DNA of 64,000 nucleotides, from positions 1,178,001-1,242,000 of the forward strand of contig CM074823.1 of NCBI GenBank assembly GCA_037447605.1, given 5' to 3'. The first letter of the stretch is position 1. Every line of letters begins with the position of its first letter. Below, in pieces: positions 49,966-64,000 of the stretch. Below the pieces are notes generated by a model. It searched no databases. It was not told where the DNA came from and saw nothing but the letters and a program-made list of their open reading frames with translations. The translations under genes were made by a program, and so were the position numbers. The DNA is from Zygnema circumcarinatum SAG 698-1b (lineage: Eukaryota; Plantae; Zygnematophyceae).

Positions 49966-49990
49966 TTTTCTCTCTCTCTTTCTCTCTCTT

Positions 49991-50020
<30 letters not shown>
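43975..50020 (+). repeat. ~3-kb near-identical tandem duplication (43975-47055 and 47055-50020)
   Basis: Exons and introns match with offsets of 3080, 2988 and 2961 bp. Visible differences are mainly microsatellite lengths and N gaps. The junctions lie in (CT)n tracts. Confidence 0.9.
44121..46693 (+). other. Partial upstream copy of the VAP27-like gene (exons 1-3 only)
   Basis: Exons 44121-44169, 45264-45334 and 46612-46693 have the same coding sequence as exons 1-3 of the downstream copy. No exon 4 follows within this copy. Confidence 0.8.
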
Positions 50021-50022
<2 letters not shown>

Positions 50023-50586
50023 CCGCTTCCGTTCTCCACTCTCAGTGATGATGCAGGCTCAGAGGGATGTCCCTCCCGACATGCTGTGCAAGGATAAGTT
50101 TTTGGTGCAGAGTGTGGTAGTGCCACAGGGGTCCTCCACAAAGGATGTGGCACAAGATCTGGTATGTTTTTTTTCTCTTTGTTTCCTATTTTCCATCAGC
50201 TTTGAATCTCTCTATCTATTTCTCCTATCTTGGTATGATGATCTTAGCGTTCCCGGGGTTTGGCTATTCCATCAACAATGGTTTGCATCCTTATGAGGAT
50301 GGAGACGTGTGAACAATCCCCCATTAATCATTCACATCGTTTGGACCTTCCTCTCTCCCTTTCACTCTCTCTCGCCCCCTCTCTCCATTCTCTCTTTCTC
50401 TCACTCTCTCTCTCGACTTTGCAGTTCAACAAGGAGGTCGGAAGGGAGATTCACGAATCTAAGCTCAAGGTGATCTACGTGGCCCCTCCTCAGCCCCCCT
50501 CTCCTGTGGCGGAGTCAGCAGAGGAAGGCGTGACAGTGTCACCCAGCCCTTCAGAGCACTTTGCAGACGTGGTATGTATCCCTCCG

Positions 50587-50617
<31 letters not shown>

Positions 50618-51717
50618 CTCTCCCATCCTCGCTTTCTGTCCCCCATCCTCTCTTTACAACCAGTGATCCTGAGTGAAGAATCGCGCATTACACATAGAAC
50701 TTATGGCCTAGAAACGAGCACTCTGATGTGGATTTGCTTTTAAGTAAGCACTTGGCTACTTGAAACAAGTTGCGAATTATGAAACATGAACCGGTAAAGC
50801 TTTAAGTCTAGTGTTGTTCTGATAGGGTTTCCTCGGAATGGGATGGTTTTCAGCAAACTAAGGAAGCAGAACCCCGGGGTGCAAAGATTGATGTAAGCCC
50901 AAATGGCTCATTCCCATGCTCCTTTCCTTTTCCTCAGGATGTCGAAGGTGTCTTTTTAATAACTTACACCGATAGTCGTATTTTTTCACAGTTCTGCATT
51001 GTGACATTATCTATTGTATGGCAAGTTCTTGCCCATTTTCCTCTGTTGAAGTGGCAGTACTTTCCATACAACATAAGGCAATTCAGGTTAGAATATAAAA
51101 TGGAGTTATTTTCCCTTTAATGTGTGTATACACTTGATATGAATCCTCCTTTCCTGTCAACCCTACATTCGTGGTTCATATGGGTTAGGGAGTAGAGACG
51201 AGCATAATGCCTCATTTAGACCCACCGTAACATGAGAAAGAGGGAGAGAGTGAGGGAGGTGGGAGAGGAGCAGGGACGCCTTAATGCCTTACCTTGAGTG
51301 CTTTGACACCTTACATTACATGACCCACCTCCTTAACAGGAGCAGGAGAAGAGAAAGGGAGGGATACGAGCACTGGTGGAGGGAAGGGTTGCTAGAGATT
51401 TAGACCCCCTTTAATGTTTGACCGTATATACCCCCCCACCCCCCTCACACCCCTCTCCTCCCCCCTTTTTATTCTTTCCAATGTTTCAGCAACAGTACAC
51501 GAGCTTTGGCAACGGAGAGACAAAGGACTCCGTATATCCGAGCAAAGTGGGAACCACAAACTATTCTGGAAGTCAGGCTGTGGCTACAAAATCAGTCCAA
51601 CAGGGATGGTCCTTTTACACTCTCCTTATTGTGGCACTTCTTGCCTTTGCCATCGGATACTTCTATGGGCAGGCGCCGCCTCCCTCCTCAGTCTCCCCTC
51701 CAAGCTCTAGTTCGTGA
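47201..51717 (+). CDS. VAP27: Vesicle-associated protein VAP27/PVA-like (MSP domain, C-terminal transmembrane anchor)
   Basis: GT-AG exons 47201-47249, 48252-48322, 49573-49654, 50046-50161, 50425-50571, a probable 50854-50892, and 51490-51717. Motifs LKFPFELKKQVSCSL, VAFKVKTTSPKKYCVRPNTG, CKDKFLVQSV and YVAPPQPPSPV; TM segment FYTLLIVALLAFAIGYFY. Confidence 0.92.
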
Positions 51718-53453
51718 GCAGAATCATGTGGCGGAGTGAATTTGAAGAGCCGAGGAAGAGCAGTGGGGAGAGGCTCCTATCTTTGGACTGTAGGGAATCC
51801 TTGGAGGTCGATAGAAAGAAAAAAGAGCAAAAAAACGTACCTACAGGTACTGTTGACATGTGTGCTTTTTCCTTTTTTAGTGCTGTTGAAAACCGAGGAG
51901 TCAGGGTGGGAGGGAGGGAGGGAGGTAGGGAGGAAGAGAGGACGGAGGCTGCTGTTAGCACACGGAATGGGGAAGTGTGGAAATATGGCAATAGGGAGGG
52001 AAGCGATGCATTTTTTGTTCTCTATATCTATGAAACGAAGGGGTGTTTTTTTTTTTCTCTCTCCCTTCCCCCTTCCCCTTCCTCTTCCCCTCCCTCTGCC
52101 CCCCCTCCCCAGCCCCCCCTCCTCGCGTCTCTCCCTCTCCCTCCCCCCTCTCTCTCCCCCTCTCCCTTCCCGACTTTTCCCCCCTTCTACCTTCAATTTG
52201 AACCTATAGTATTTTTGGATTGTGGTTGATGTTAAATGTACATGTAGCTTCCTGATGAGTATGCGACCCCATAACCCCTTGCAACTGCTTTCTAAATGTC
52301 GAAGCGGTACTCGTCTCAGCGTGATTATGTTGTTTCGAAGGCACCAGCTATTGTAATACGGAGAGGAGACATTTCAGAATCGATTGAAGTAACCTGTCTG
52401 TAATTGGACCTGTCTGTAGGACGAAATAACCATAAAAATAAACCAAGTAGAATAGAATAGAATATATTAGTTGAATACGGCACAGCATGCAGATTTTCGT
52501 CTGACACTTTTTAGCTTTGCCTTAGCAGGGATATTGGTATTGTAATCCTCTTTTCCATCGTAAGCGGTTCCATTTCAACCATCCTCTGTCAAAACGTGGC
52601 CGACCGCGATACCAATGTTCCAATGTAGTGACAAAGGAAATGCAAGTATGGGGCCGCGGCCGCCAAACTCAAGGGTCAAGCTCAAGGGTCATTCTGCATG
52701 TAAACGTCTTGGTAATAAGAAAGGTTCAATATGGGAAATAGTTGCACCCATCCCTAGCAGCCCCCCCCCCCCCCCACCCTTCCCAAACTACCCCTAATTG
52801 GGTAACTCCATTTACTACCACAATCAATCCTAACAATAAAATTTCCAATTCCGTACAAAACAACAGCAACACAAGCAAAAAAAAACGGTGAAGGAAGAAA
52901 TAAGTAAACAATAGAAAAGAGGTGAAAAGGACGAAAAAGGAAACTCAACTTTCTAAATGAGATGGTCTTTATACATGGAAGAAGTCGAAACTAACCCTAA
53001 ACTCGTAGTGTAACTGTAACTGAAACTGAAACAGAAACATGGACATGGACAAGTTCGATCAGCTAACCGACTTATTCTGTTCCTCGCTCCCACAAGGCTC
53101 CCAAGCAGAGCTCACATGAACAAAAAATTAGTACCCAGTTAAAACTTCCAATCGCGTCTCTTCTCCAATTCTCCATTTCTCCCTTCATTTCACCTTTTCC
53201 TCACTTTTCTGCGCCCTCATTTCTCCGTTTCTCTTTCACATTTCGATGCTCTTTGTTTCCCAGGTTTCCATTTCTTCGACTCTCTCTGCCTCTGCCCCAT
53301 CCTCAGATATCCTTCCTGTTCCTGATCTCCATATTCCTGTTCTTTTTACCCTCTAGTTGCCTGTTCTCTGTTACTTCTGAACTGAATCAAACTGAACAGA
53401 ACTGAACTGAGAACTGAATTCAGAACTGACCCTCTCTCTGTGTCTCCCTCCGC

Positions 53454-64000
<10,547 letters not shown>

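Overview
Eukaryotic nuclear DNA, most consistent with a streptophyte green alga or plant-lineage genome. This rests on TTTAGGG telomere-like repeats, expansins, plant-type XPO1, VAP27 and sacsin-RING genes, and GT-AG introns swollen by GA/CT microsatellites; the species cannot be assigned from the sequence alone. Positions 1-15.4 kb are a nested transposon cluster: a degenerate telomere-like array, foldback-like palindromic arms, Tc1/mariner-like and PIF/Harbinger-like elements, two related LTRs (one a solo LTR with an intact 5-bp TSD) and a decayed Ty3/Gypsy element. Positions 16.4-21.8 kb hold two intronless expansin-family genes. Both lack the Asp of the HFD motif, and one carries an extensin-like Ser-Pro7 linker. 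Between them lie a W-box minisatellite and G-box-rich hairpin elements. XPO1 spans 24.3-40.6 kb (minus strand, 28 visible exons or exon parts, two coding blocks lost in N gaps). A VAP27-like gene spans 44.1-51.7 kb (plus strand) with a ~3-kb tandem duplication of exons 1-3. The 3' part of a sacsin-like RING gene runs from 53.5 kb to the window end (minus strand). Most entries in the ORF track are translations of microsatellites, not genes. No rRNA, tRNA or CRISPR array is supported.
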